A DNA stretch of 64,000 bases from an uncultured cyanobacterium (lineage in GTDB: Bacteria > Cyanobacteriota > Cyanobacteriia > Phormidesmidales > Phormidesmidaceae). The notes below the pieces were generated by a model, which searched no databases, was not told the DNA's origin, and saw only the letters and a list, made by a program, of their open reading frames with translations. The stretch lies in the NCBI GenBank assembly GCA_963793265.1, contig CAWBZI010000007.1, positions 352,001 through 416,000 on the forward strand, read 5' to 3'. The stretch's first letter is position 1. Each line of letters begins with the position of its first letter. The position numbers and the translations under genes were made by a program. This document shows, piece by piece, positions 1 to 10,302 of the stretch.

Positions 1-183
1 GTCGCTGCAAATGTGCCGCTGCTAGGCCAAATGGAGCCTGATAGTGGCACGGTTGAGGGCGGTACGATTGTTAAGCACGTTGGGTTTAATGAAGGTGGCA
101 GCATTTTGACGGCTTTTCCGAATGCTGACTTTACGCAGGCGACCTATCCGATTGCTCGCATTCGGGTGGTGCTGGCTGAGTAG
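1..183 (+). CDS. 3' end of a probable spondin-domain secreted protein (partial, runs off the window)
   Basis: Frame 1 is open to TAG at 181-183: ...LLGQMEPDSGTVEGGTIVKHVGFNEGGSILTAFPNADFTQATYPIARIRV, resembling the C-terminus of cyanobacterial spondin-like proteins. Confidence 0.5.
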   Translation, partial: VAANVPLLGQMEPDSGTVEGGTIVKHVGFNEGGSILTAFPNADFTQATYPIARIRVVLAE

Positions 184-324
184 TTAGGCTTCACAGCTTA
201 GCTTCTAGGGGCTATTTTCATCACGACCGCTCGCAGAACGTCTTGAGAGATCAAGGCGTTTTGTGTTATCGTCTGGCTGAAAATAGCGCTTATCAAATTA
301 GAAAATTATCAACAACGTGAGGAT

Positions 325-822
325 TTGAATAGCGTGCTTAAAAAGTACTGGATTGTTTCATTTTGCATGGTCGCCTGTCTATCTATCAACCTTCCAGCTC
401 ACGCGCAAACTGAGCCTGAACAAAAGCCCAGGCGTAGCTACATCGGTATTGGTGGAAATGTTGGCCTCAGCGGCGGCGATACTGCAATTGGTGACGAGGG
501 TTTTGCGATTGTTAATAGAACTCGAATTATCGAATATCTGTCTGTACGTGGCTCTGTGATTTTTGCAAGTGATATCTCTTCGACGACTGCGCTGACGGGT
601 GAGCTACCGATTACGAATCAAAATGGCGATGTGATGGTGACGCCGTTTTTGGGCGGTGGCTTTGCGATTGAAGATGGCGATTTTAATCCGCTTATTAGCG
701 CGGGCGCAGATGTTCCGCTGAGCCAGGATTTTACGTTGACTAACCGCATTAACGTGAGCTTTGGCGATGAAACAAACGTTGGTGCGCTAGTTGGCGTGGG
801 GTACAATTTTACGCTGTTTTAG
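325..822 (+). CDS. Exported outer-membrane beta-barrel-like hypothetical protein
   Basis: Signal peptide (AHA|Q), Gly/aromatic amphipathic strands, ends GVGYNFTLF with a terminal Phe. Confidence 0.65.
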   Translation: MNSVLKKYWIVSFCMVACLSINLPAHAQTEPEQKPRRSYIGIGGNVGLSGGDTAIGDEGFAIVNRTRIIEYLSVRGSVIFASDISSTTALTGELPITNQNGDVMVTPFLGGGFAIEDGDFNPLISAGADVPLSQDFTLTNRINVSFGDETNVGALVGVGYNFTLF

Positions 823-876
823 GAAGCCGTAAAAATGTTGAGAGTTGATGCTGGCCCAGCTCGCAGACTGCTTGCA

Positions 877-1989
877 CTAAGTTGTACCAGCACCTTTACC
901 GGAGATGAACGTAGGGTTTTGATAGCCTGTGGGTTTATCTCCGACAGAAGCGCCGCCATGAACCATGCCCTGCAAGCTCGGCTCAAAGAAGGTGTAAGGA
1001 AAGCGAGTCTCTGGTTTGCTCACGTCGTCCAATCTTTGCTGAAGCTCAGGGGGTAGCTCAAAGTCTAAAGCACCTAGATTGTTTTCTAGCTGGTGTAGCT
1101 TGGTGGCCCCGATTAGAACGCTTGCTACGCCAGGGCGATTGACCACCCAGTTCACTGCCACTTGTGCCATTGAACGGTCTAGATCTTTGGCTACTTTCTC
1201 TAGCTCAGCAACAATCTCCCAGTTTTTCTCTGTGAACTTGTTGAAGGCAGGATTATCGCCTCCTGCTAATGTGGCGAGTCGGCCCGATCCTTCTCCCCCG
1301 GTTTCCGAAGGTTTGTACTTGCCCGAGAGCAGTCCGCTCGCAAGTGGTGACCACACCATGATCCCAGCGCCCAGCGCTTTTACCATCGGCACATACTCAA
1401 ACTCAATATTGCGCTCTACTAAGGAGTACTCAAGCTGAACGGTGCTAATCGGCTCTAAATGTCGTTCTTTTGCCAGCGTTTGCGCCTGCGCGACATACCA
1501 GGCGGGCGTGTCTGAAAGCGCGACGTAGCGAACTTTGCCAGAAGTGACTAAATCGTCCATGGTGCGCATCACCTCTTCAGCAGGCGTGACGCTATCCCAG
1601 GTATGCAGAATGTACAGATCGATGTAGTCGGTATTGAGCCGATCTAAAGAGCCTTCGACTGCTCGCATGATATTTTTACGACCGTTGCCGCCTGCGTTGG
1701 GGTTGCCAGGTTCGCTGTTGTAGCTGAATTTGGTCGAGATGACGACGCGATCGCGCCACCCCCCATCTTTTACAAACTGACCCAGCATCTTCTCGCTATT
1801 GCCGTCTGTATACATATCGGCGGTATCGATAAAGTTGCCGCCTGCCTCTAGATAGGTATCGAAAATTCGTCGTGCCGTATCTTCTTTCGCACCCCAGCCC
1901 CAGTCTTCACCGAAGGTCATTGTGCCCAGTGCTAAACGGCTTACCCTCAACCCCGTGTTGCCGAGTGTGTAGTAGTCCATAGCAGTCAT
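877..1989 (-). CDS. Aldo/keto reductase
   Basis: LGNTGLRVSRLALGTMTFG, FIDTADMY, SLDRLNTDYIDLY, WSPLASGLLSGKY motifs. Confidence 0.95.
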   Translation of the reverse strand: MTAMDYYTLGNTGLRVSRLALGTMTFGEDWGWGAKEDTARRIFDTYLEAGGNFIDTADMYTDGNSEKMLGQFVKDGGWRDRVVISTKFSYNSEPGNPNAGGNGRKNIMRAVEGSLDRLNTDYIDLYILHTWDSVTPAEEVMRTMDDLVTSGKVRYVALSDTPAWYVAQAQTLAKERHLEPISTVQLEYSLVERNIEFEYVPMVKALGAGIMVWSPLASGLLSGKYKPSETGGEGSGRLATLAGGDNPAFNKFTEKNWEIVAELEKVAKDLDRSMAQVAVNWVVNRPGVASVLIGATKLHQLENNLGALDFELPPELQQRLDDVSKPETRFPYTFFEPSLQGMVHGGASVGDKPTGYQNPTFISGKGAGTT

Positions 1990-2046
1990 CCTTTGGTCTT
2001 AAAAAAGTTATTATGAACCGGCAGCACCTTCAAAATCTTGTACATA

Positions 2047-2074
2047 GTTGCTAGTTGTCAGCGTTTTATTGCTA
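2047..2074 (-). promoter_or_regulatory. Putative AraC-family operator: TAGCAA direct repeat with 21-bp period upstream of the AKR gene
   Basis: Minus strand reads TAGCAAT-N14-TAGCAAC; the same motif and period occur at 3171-3197. Confidence 0.5.
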
Positions 2075-2151
2075 GCCGCGCGGTTCGATAGTGATTCTCC
2101 TGAAGAGATCTTCGGTAAGATTCAAAGTGACGTAGCCATTTGGCAGTTCTT

Positions 2152-3123
2152 ATGGACAAGAAAGCGATCGCAGGCAGCTCATTTGAGAATGAAAGTGATG
2201 GTCATGCTGGCCCTAGCGATCGCCAAATTCGCTTCGTTGATAGCCAAACATTAGAACCCAGGCCAGATGTAGATGCCGGACAAATTTTACTCTCTAGCAA
2301 GCCCCTAAACTGGGATGGCATCTACCTGGAGACAGGCGAAAATAAGTCATTTAATCCAGACGATGCTACGCTTGTTCAGCACTATTTTGCGATGAACATT
2401 GGCCCAGCCTATGAATGGGAGTGGAAGGACGGCAGACAATTTAAATCTCATCGGTATGAGACGGGTGATATCTGGGTCAATCCTGCGCATGTGCCTTTTA
2501 CGCATAGAGTGAATACCTACAATAGGTTTGCACTATTGGCGCTTGAGCCTAAAAAGCTAGTAGAGTCGCTGCCTGATTTTCCTTTGATAGAGCGCCAGCA
2601 GTTCAGACGAGAGCACAAAGCTCAAGACCTTCATTTGCAGACTTTGATGCGCTCATTGTTAGTGGAGGCCCAAACGGGTGGCCCAAACGGCAGGCTCTAT
2701 ACGGATTCACTGGCTACCGCGTTAGCCGTTCACTTTGTAAACCACTACAGCATCGGGAATCAACCAAATTTTCAAAAGCACTTTCAACAGGCTAGTATTG
2801 CTGACCGTCAGCGTCTACGGCGAGTTGTTGATTACATAGAAGCCTCTTTAAAAGAAGACATTGGCCTTAGTGACTTAGCGTTAGTGGCAGGGCTCAGTAA
2901 GTTTCATTTCTCTCGCTTATTCAAGACAGCGTTCGGTTTTACGCCGTATCAGTACCTAATGAAGCGCAAGATAGAAAGAGCAGCTTACGAGCTATCGAAA
3001 AGAGCTACGTCGGTAGCTCAAGTTGCCGCAGAATATGGCTTTACAGACCAGGCTCAATTCACTCGAAACTTTAAGAAGGTGAAGGGACTAGCGCCGAAAG
3101 CGTTCGTCAACCAGACTCGTTAA
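2152..3123 (+). CDS. AraC-family transcriptional regulator
   Basis: C-terminal double HTH (LSKFHFSRLFK...YGFTDQAQFTRNFKK); divergent from AKR; ATG 2152 preferred to TTG 2140. Confidence 0.93.
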   Translation: MDKKAIAGSSFENESDGHAGPSDRQIRFVDSQTLEPRPDVDAGQILLSSKPLNWDGIYLETGENKSFNPDDATLVQHYFAMNIGPAYEWEWKDGRQFKSHRYETGDIWVNPAHVPFTHRVNTYNRFALLALEPKKLVESLPDFPLIERQQFRREHKAQDLHLQTLMRSLLVEAQTGGPNGRLYTDSLATALAVHFVNHYSIGNQPNFQKHFQQASIADRQRLRRVVDYIEASLKEDIGLSDLALVAGLSKFHFSRLFKTAFGFTPYQYLMKRKIERAAYELSKRATSVAQVAAEYGFTDQAQFTRNFKKVKGLAPKAFVNQTR

Positions 3124-3170
3124 GTTCTACGTGGGTGGGTTGTGTACAGCCGGTCGATACAATCTCGCGC

Positions 3171-3197
3171 AGCAATATATTTATCAAGAACAGCAAT
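3171..3197 (+). promoter_or_regulatory. Putative AraC-family operator: AGCAAT direct repeat, 21-bp period
   Basis: AGCAAT at 3171 and 3192, upstream of the SDR. Confidence 0.45.
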
Positions 3198-3199
3198 AA

Positions 3200-3922
3200 T
3201 TGCCTAGATTAGCAGCCGTAGATTTTGTACGATGGCTCATCGCCTTTGCACAAGAAGGGGCAACTGTTGTTTTCAATGGTCGTCGCGCTGATTTGGGTCA
3301 GCAAGTAGAGCAGTCGATCGCGGCGATGGGCGGTAGCGCACTGTATGTACAAACTGACGTGCGAGAAGCGGCTCAAGTAGAGCAGTTCGTCAGTACGGCT
3401 GTTGAGCGCTATGGCCGATTAGATATTGCCTTTAATAATGCTGGCATCTTTATGACGCCGGAGACAGTTCCAGAGATGGATCTTGATAACTATCACAATA
3501 TGATTTCTACAAATCTCAACGGCATTTTCTATGCCATGAAATATGAGATTCCTCAGATGAAAGAACAGGGTGGCGCAATCGTTAATATGGCTTCTGTTTC
3601 AGCGCATAGAGGCTACGCTAACACACCTCATTACAGCGCTAGTAAGCATGGTGTTGTTGGTTTGACGAAGGCGGCAGCGACGGGGTTTTCGGAGCATGGC
3701 ATCCGAATCAATTCTATATCGCCGCTAGCGGTTGATACGCCTATGCTGCGCCGTTCGTTTGAACACCAGGGATTAACGTACGAAGGCATGGCTCCTAACT
3801 TTGTTACCCCTCGCGTTATGACGGCTGACGAGATTGCTCAGTCAGTGCTGTTTTTGTCGTCGGATGCGGCTTCTTCTATTAACGGTATGGATCTTGATGT
3901 CACGGGTGGTCAGCTCGCTTAG
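3200..3922 (+). pseudogene. Short-chain dehydrogenase/reductase, apparently 5'-truncated
   Basis: NNAG and YSASK motifs present, but the N-terminal TGxxxGIG NAD-binding motif is absent and there is no ATG upstream of the conserved part. Confidence 0.7.
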
Positions 3923-4119
3923 AGAGATTTGTTCTGTGCGCTTGACCTGGCTCTAGTAAAAATGTAAGCGGCTTGTCGTTGCTAAACATGCCCTAGTTAA
4001 ATCATCGTTCCATCACAGCGATCGCCCGATTCAAGATATGAGTGTAAGCTGAGATTAGCATTTTTCAACTACGCTGATCTTGGCTAGCATTTTTGCGATG
4101 CCGCACTCTATGAGTAATC

Positions 4120-7100
4120 TTGATGGTGACTTCGTTTCAACGGAATAGACACATAGACGCTCATGCCCAAGCAAGCACGACTGGGGCGGAGGGTCTGCTG
4201 CGTAGCGTGGCGGAGGCGGCGCAGTGTTTGGTGGCGACTGAGAATTTGGCGGCGGCGATTCCGGCGGCGCTGAGGATTTTGGGGCTGGGGACGCGGCAGG
4301 ATCGGGTTTATGTGTTTGAGAATGTGTTTCCGAACGGGCCGGATGAGCTGTTTCTAGATTTGTTGTGTGAGTGGAATTCTTCTCATGGAATGCCTATCGC
4401 AGATATTGCAGAACAGTTTCCGTTTCCGGCAAATGCGTTTCCAAATGATTCAATCTCATTGCCTTTGAAAAGAGGTGAAGCTGTTCAATCTCTGACTCGG
4501 GATTTAGAAGGGCTTGCCGCAGAGATGAATAGAGACATACTCACAAAGTCTATGATTGTTGTTCCTATCTCAGTCGGCGGTTTGTACTGGGGATCGATTG
4601 GCTTTGATGACTGCACGACTGAGCGGGTGTGGAGTGCGGCGGAAGTGGCGGTGTTGGAGACGGCGGCGGCTTGTATTGGCAGTGCGATTGAAAGGGATCG
4701 CACGGCAAAGGCCCGCATGGCTGAGATGGAAGCGCATAATCAGGCGTTGGCGGAAAGGGATCGCATTTTAGAAGCCACGGCGGCGGCGGCGAATGTGATG
4801 CTGGTGAATGACGACTTTGAGAGCGCGGTGACTGAGGCGCTGCGAATTGTGGGCGAAGGCTTGGCGGTGGATCGGGTTGGTATCGGCAGCTACTTTGCGC
4901 AGACTTCTGAAGAAGATGGCTATCACGAGTTTTTGTATGAGTGGGATTCTGAAGGAACGAATGTACAGATAGAACATCCTGAACTATCAAAAATTAGTGA
5001 TCGTGGCATTGGGGATTTTATAAATGCGCTAAAAACAGGTCATGTCTTTGGCGGTGTCGTTGAAGAGATGGGAGAGCCTTTTCGCAGTAGCCAAATAGAG
5101 ATGGGTGTAAAGTCGGCATACGCTATTGCGATCATTGTTGCTGGTAAGTATTGGGGAGCAATAGCGCTTGATGATTGCCACAAGCAAACGCGCCGAAGCG
5201 AATCGGAGCTTGAGGCGCTCAAAACGCTGGCAAACTGTATCGGCAGTGCCATTGAGCGCGATCAAATTCGGGCGGCTCGGGAAGCGGCTGAGCGTACGGC
5301 CATTATTGAGCGAGAGCGGGCGGCGCGGGCGGATGAATTGGAAGCGGCCAATAAGGTGCTTTTGGTGCGCGATCGCTGGCTACAAACCACGGCTGCTGCC
5401 GCGAATGAGCTGCTTTCTACCACAGATGTGCCCGCGAGCGTGAATGCGGCGCTGGCAACGATTGGAGAAAACTTGGAGTGCGATCGCCTTTCTGTTCTTC
5501 GTTACATTGCAGATCACAAAAGCCATCCGTTAGGCGCAATGAAAGGGCTCTACGAGTGGGACGCTGAAGGTATTAAGCCTCAAATCGAAGACTCAGCGCT
5601 GAGCGTTATTACCGCTGAAGGTTTTGAGGACTGGTTCAAAACGCTACTTGCAGGTGATTGGATCGGCAGCAACGTCTCTGATTTGCCTGAACCTGCGCGC
5701 AGCGGTCAAGAATCGCTAGGCGTTTTATCTACCTACGCGGTGCCTATTTTTATAGATAACGCGCTTTGGGGCATTGTGGCGATGGACTACTGCCACGAAG
5801 AGAAGCGATTAGAAGGATCGGAGCTAGCGGTATTTCAGACGGCAGCGACCTGTGTGGGGAGTGCGATTCATCAGGCACAGGTGCGGCGAGATAAGGCAGC
5901 ACGGGAGCGATCGCGTTTACTCGGCAGCGTTGCTCAGGCGGCAAATTTGCTGTTGGAATCGTCAGACTATCAGAGTGTGCTTTCGGAGGTTGTGCGGTTG
6001 TTGGGTGAGGCGACTGGGAGCGATCGCTGTAGCATTTTGCAAGAGGTCATTATGTCTTCTTCTCAAGAACTCGGAGACACTGTAGTGACAGAATGGTGCA
6101 ATGCCGAAACGCAGCATTCAAAAGTGCATACCCCTGAGCTCTCAGATGCACTTTCCTGTCGGGTTATTCCTGAACTGCATGAGTCATTTTTATCAGGTGG
6201 AATTTCTAATGTTCTCGTGTCAGACTTGCAGGAGCCTGCGCGAACTATTCTCTCAGAGCAGGGAAATACTGCGATGATTTATGTCACTATCGTAGTTAAT
6301 GGCAAACCTTGGGGCGTTATTAGCTTTGATAACTGTGGTGAGCCTCGACTTTACGATGAGGCTGAGATTTCAATTTTGCAGATTGCAGCGGAGAGTATTG
6401 CCAGTGCGATTTCTCGTCAGGCTCAAGATAAAGCGCTGCGAGATGCTGAAAAATTCATCCTACAAGAACAAGAAAAGGCAGCTCGCGATCGCGCTACCAA
6501 ACTCGCCAAAACCAACGAAGCCATCAGCACCACCCTCACCACTCTCGCCACCCGCCCCGAACTAGACCAGTTCTTAGGCACTATCCTCAGCGAAATGGTA
6601 CGCCCTCTCGGAGCCTGCAAAGCTCATCTGTTCCTTTACGACCAGCCCACTCACACGCTAAGCCAGCGTGTAGTTATTCAAGACGATCAGCTCTATATGG
6701 GCGCAGGCCCAAATGATCCTGACATGTTCAAGCATCCTGTTTCAGCCGACATAACGGCTGCATGGGACGCAATCATCAATAGCAACAGACCGATCACCTA
6801 CGATGAAACTCTACCTTCTGACGAAAACATTTGGTGGCCCGAATCGCATCGACTTGGCATAAAGCACAAGGACACAAAGCCGTCACCTGTATCCCTCTGA
6901 AAGCAGGCGAACAGCCCATCGGCTACATCGGCTTTTGCTTTTACAATCACACCTTCCTCACCGACGAACAGCTCGAATTTATGCAGGCGCTCGCCAACCA
7001 AGCCATCATCGCCATCCAACTCACCCGCCTTGCCGACGACAGCAAAACCGCCGCGCTCTCGGTTGCCCTCACCGAAGAGCGCAACCGCCTCGCCCGCGAA

Positions 7101-7676
7101 ATTCACGACACCCTCGCCCAAGCCTTCACCGGCATCTCTCTCCAGCTCGAAGCCGCCAAAGGCAGCTTTGACGAAAGCACCGAAGACACCCTCTACCACA
7201 TGAACCGAGCCGGTAACCTCGCCCGCCGAGGACTCTCTGAAGCGCGTCGTTCAGTCAGAGCCCTGCGCTCAGCCGCCCTCACCACCAACACCCTCCCCGA
7301 AGCCCTCACCATCGCTCTCACCGAAATGACCCAAGACAGCCCCACCACCCCCCACCTACACATCGTCGGTACCCCCTACACCCTCCCCGAAGACATCCAA
7401 ACCAACCTCCTGCGCATCGGCCAAGAAGCCACCACCAACACCCTCCGACACGCCCAGGCCGACACCCTAAATATTACCCTCACCTACAAACCCACCCAAA
7501 TCCGCATGACCATCAGCGACGACGGCAAAGGCTGCGATATTTCTCTAGACAACGTAGAAGGCTTTGGCCTGCTAGGAATGCGAGAGCGCGTTCTGCGATT
7601 CGACGGTCAGTTTGCCTTATTTGGAACCCCCGGTAGAGGTACTGTAATAGAGATTGCCATTCCCCTCGACCTATGA
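4120..7676 (+). CDS. Multi-GAF sensor histidine kinase (HisKA_3/NarX type), split by a frameshift near 6847-6854
   Basis: Four repeated GAF units ending in variants of E..L.TAA.CIGSAI, a fifth GAF across the break, then ERNRLAREIHDTLAQ H-box and an HATPase (DDGKG, GFGLLGMRER). Confidence 0.88.
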
Positions 7677-8308
7677 ACACCCAGCCCGCTATCAAAGTCT
7701 TAGTCGTTGAAGATCACAACGTTGTCCGCGAAGGCATCGTGTCGATCATCAACCGGCAAAAAGACATGACAGTCGTCGCTGAGGCTCGTAACGGTCAGCA
7801 GGCTATTGATCTCCATCAGGCGCACGAGCCAGATGTCACCCTGATGGACTTGCGAATGCCCAAAATGGAAGGACTAGAGGCCATTATCCAAATTCGCCAG
7901 AGCCATCCCAAAGCCAACATCATCATCCTCACCACCTACGACACCGACGAAGACATCTACCAGGGATTGCAGGCCGGAGCGCGTGGCTACCTGCTAAAAG
8001 ACGCCACCACCGCCGAACTCATTGAGGCCATTCAGCAAGTGAGCAAAGGCAAGCGATCTTTACCCGCCAAAGTAGCCGATAAGCTGGTTGAGCGCATGGA
8101 AGCCGACGAGCTAACGCCCAGAGAAAAAGAAGTTTTAGCGCTGATGGTAAAAGGATCTAGCACCGCTAAACTGGCCGCAACCCTACATCTCTCCGAAGGC
8201 ACCGTCAAATTTCATATCAACAACATCTTTCAAAAGCTCGGCGTCAGCGATCGCGCCCAGGCCATCGTCGTCGCCCTCCGCAGAGGCATCATCCGCCTAG
8301 ATCCGTAA
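7673..8308 (+). CDS. NarL/FixJ-family response regulator
   Basis: VVEDH, LMDLRMP receiver, LTPRE...TVKFH LuxR HTH; ATGA overlap with the kinase. Confidence 0.95.
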   Translation: MNTQPAIKVLVVEDHNVVREGIVSIINRQKDMTVVAEARNGQQAIDLHQAHEPDVTLMDLRMPKMEGLEAIIQIRQSHPKANIIILTTYDTDEDIYQGLQAGARGYLLKDATTAELIEAIQQVSKGKRSLPAKVADKLVERMEADELTPREKEVLALMVKGSSTAKLAATLHLSEGTVKFHINNIFQKLGVSDRAQAIVVALRRGIIRLDP

Positions 8309-8345
8309 CTTCTTCTGCCGATTGAGCCTACCCTACCCCCGCAAA

Positions 8346-8365
8346 ACCTATCCGATCAGCTAGGT
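8346..8365. promoter_or_regulatory. Putative NarL-type operator ACCTA-N10-TAGGT
   Basis: Inverted repeat between the regulator and the DsbA-like gene. Confidence 0.4.
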
Positions 8366-8453
8366 CATCACCCGGTTATAGTCCAGTCGCTTGTACTTCC
8401 GTAAGTGCCTACGCTAGAAGGCATTACGTGAAAACCAAACCTGCTCCTGCCTA

Positions 8454-8981
8454 ATGGATACGATGCCTACGCTTAGAGACGTTGACCATATCCAAGGCTC
8501 ATCTTCTGCGGCGCTGCTGCTGCTGGCCTACGGCAACTATCAATGCCCCCAATCAGGCAAAGCACGCCACACCATCAATAGGCTACAAGACTCACTGGGC
8601 GAAAACCTATGCTTTGTGTTTCGCCACTTCTCAGTCGCTCACTACCCCCGCTCCCAAAAAGCCGCCGAATCTGCCGAGGCTGCCGGTAGCCAGCAAAAAT
8701 TTTGGGAAATGCACAACAAACTGTTCGCCAATCAAACAGCGCTCGACGATGCGTCCTTAGTAGAGTATGCCATTGAGCTTGGCCTGGATCTGCCGCAGTT
8801 TCTCTATGAGATAACGCACGGGGTTCATACCGAGCGCATCCGGTCTGACGATGAGATTGGTCGGCAGTGTGGTGTAGAAGAGACACCCACGTTTTTTGTT
8901 GGCGTGCGCCATCAGGGCAGCGACAACTTAGAGGCGCTAGTAAAGCGGCTGTTGAACGTGGCGCTCAAAGATGACAACTAG
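8454..8981 (+). CDS. DsbA/thioredoxin-like protein with CxxS
   Basis: DHIQG...YGNYQCPQS, FVFRHF, KFWEMH, GVEETPTFF. Confidence 0.85.
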   Translation: MDTMPTLRDVDHIQGSSSAALLLLAYGNYQCPQSGKARHTINRLQDSLGENLCFVFRHFSVAHYPRSQKAAESAEAAGSQQKFWEMHNKLFANQTALDDASLVEYAIELGLDLPQFLYEITHGVHTERIRSDDEIGRQCGVEETPTFFVGVRHQGSDNLEALVKRLLNVALKDDN

Positions 8982-9307
8982 CCTGGGCAAACGGGATCTC
9001 TCAAGATGTAGCCGATGCCGCAAACCGTATGAATCACATTATCTGTTGAAGTAGCCCCAAGCTTCCTGCCTAAATAGCGAATATAAACCTCAACAATATG
9101 GGAGCCCTCTTCAGAGTCGTATCCCCAAACGGCTTCTAAAATCTGGCTGCGCGTGACGACTTTGAAGCGATACTTCATCAGATACTCTAATAGCTCGAAC
9201 TCCTTTTCAGTTAGTTGAATGAGGCGATCGCCTCGAAACACCTCTTGAGTATCGCGGTTGAGCGAAATATCCGAACAGCGTAGAACTGAAAGCGTATAGC
9301 CATCCAT
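8978..9307 (-). CDS. Stand-alone OmpR-type winged-helix DNA-binding protein (no receiver domain)
   Basis: From ATG 9307: LTEKEFELLEYL...VWGYD...IVEVYIRYL...TVCGIGY; the extension to 9508 has no receiver features. Confidence 0.75.
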   Translation of the reverse strand: MDGYTLSVLRCSDISLNRDTQEVFRGDRLIQLTEKEFELLEYLMKYRFKVVTRSQILEAVWGYDSEEGSHIVEVYIRYLGRKLGATSTDNVIHTVCGIGYILRDPVCPG

Positions 9308-9514
9308 GAATCTTTCTTTATCTGTAGAAAAACTTTGTGTGTTTATTCTACGAGAATACAGAACCGTGAGCGCCCGGTGACAAGACTGGCTTCCGCTCGA
9401 ACGATGAGAGAGGGTGTGGTTATACAGCGAAATGTAGGTGGTGCCTATGAAAATGGTAGGGGGATGGACTGGCTGATGGGGTGGTACTTGTTTTGGGTGG
9501 GTTCGCAACCCACG

Positions 9515-10054
9515 CTACATCAAATACACCTTCCCCGTAGACTCCACCATCAGGCTCCCTACCTCTATCTCTGGATTGTCTGTTGGCGTCACAATCAAAT
9601 CCAACATATCGGCCAGCGCATTAGCTCGCAAATCAGCCTTAATAAATCCGATGCCTGTGGGTCTATTCTCTCTGACATCCCGGTACGTAAACGTCACAGT
9701 CGTAGGCACCTGAAGATCGGGCAGCATAATATCCTCGTTCGGATCTAGGCTGCGCGGCTCTGTATCGCCTAGCGCCTGGTAGGTAATAGAATTAGGCGTG
9801 TTATTCACCAAATGAACAGAAACGCTGCCTGATGTGAGTGGCATGATCATGGCGTGTTCTCTGGCGGGCGCTCTGGGGTTTGCAGGTGCGATCGCCTCAG
9901 CTTCTATCGGCTCTACAACTAACTCCTGTGCGCCTAGCTGCGGCAGTTGGGCCAGCGACGTGCCCTGCGCTACAATCGGCGCTTGATAAACAGTTGCAAT
10001 CAGCAGCGCCGATATCACGCCACTGACAAAAAGAACGCACTGACTAAATTTCAT
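9515..10054 (-). CDS. Secreted hypothetical protein
   Basis: N-terminal signal peptide, beta-rich mature region. Confidence 0.7.
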   Translation of the reverse strand: MKFSQCVLFVSGVISALLIATVYQAPIVAQGTSLAQLPQLGAQELVVEPIEAEAIAPANPRAPAREHAMIMPLTSGSVSVHLVNNTPNSITYQALGDTEPRSLDPNEDIMLPDLQVPTTVTFTYRDVRENRPTGIGFIKADLRANALADMLDLIVTPTDNPEIEVGSLMVESTGKVYLM

Positions 10055-10302
10055 AATGTCTCACCTTGTTTAGTCAAACAATAAGACGGGTAGCTTATGC
10101 AACTATGAGAATTTTACGAGTAAATCGACAAACATTTGTGTTTAAATCCCGCGGCTATTCAACTGTGATAGCAACTGAAAGACATAGCACGCTGAATTTT
10201 CACCCATCTCTCATCTACTAGCATAGCTGCGTTGTCATCATAAGCAGTACTTATAACAATTCTGCCACGTGACGCTTTGCCGACAACACAAAATTTTCAG
10301 CT

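Noticed and set aside
4120..6900. Cyanobacteriochrome photoreceptor
   Set aside because: No recognisable bilin-binding Asp motif or CH motif in the GAF repeats
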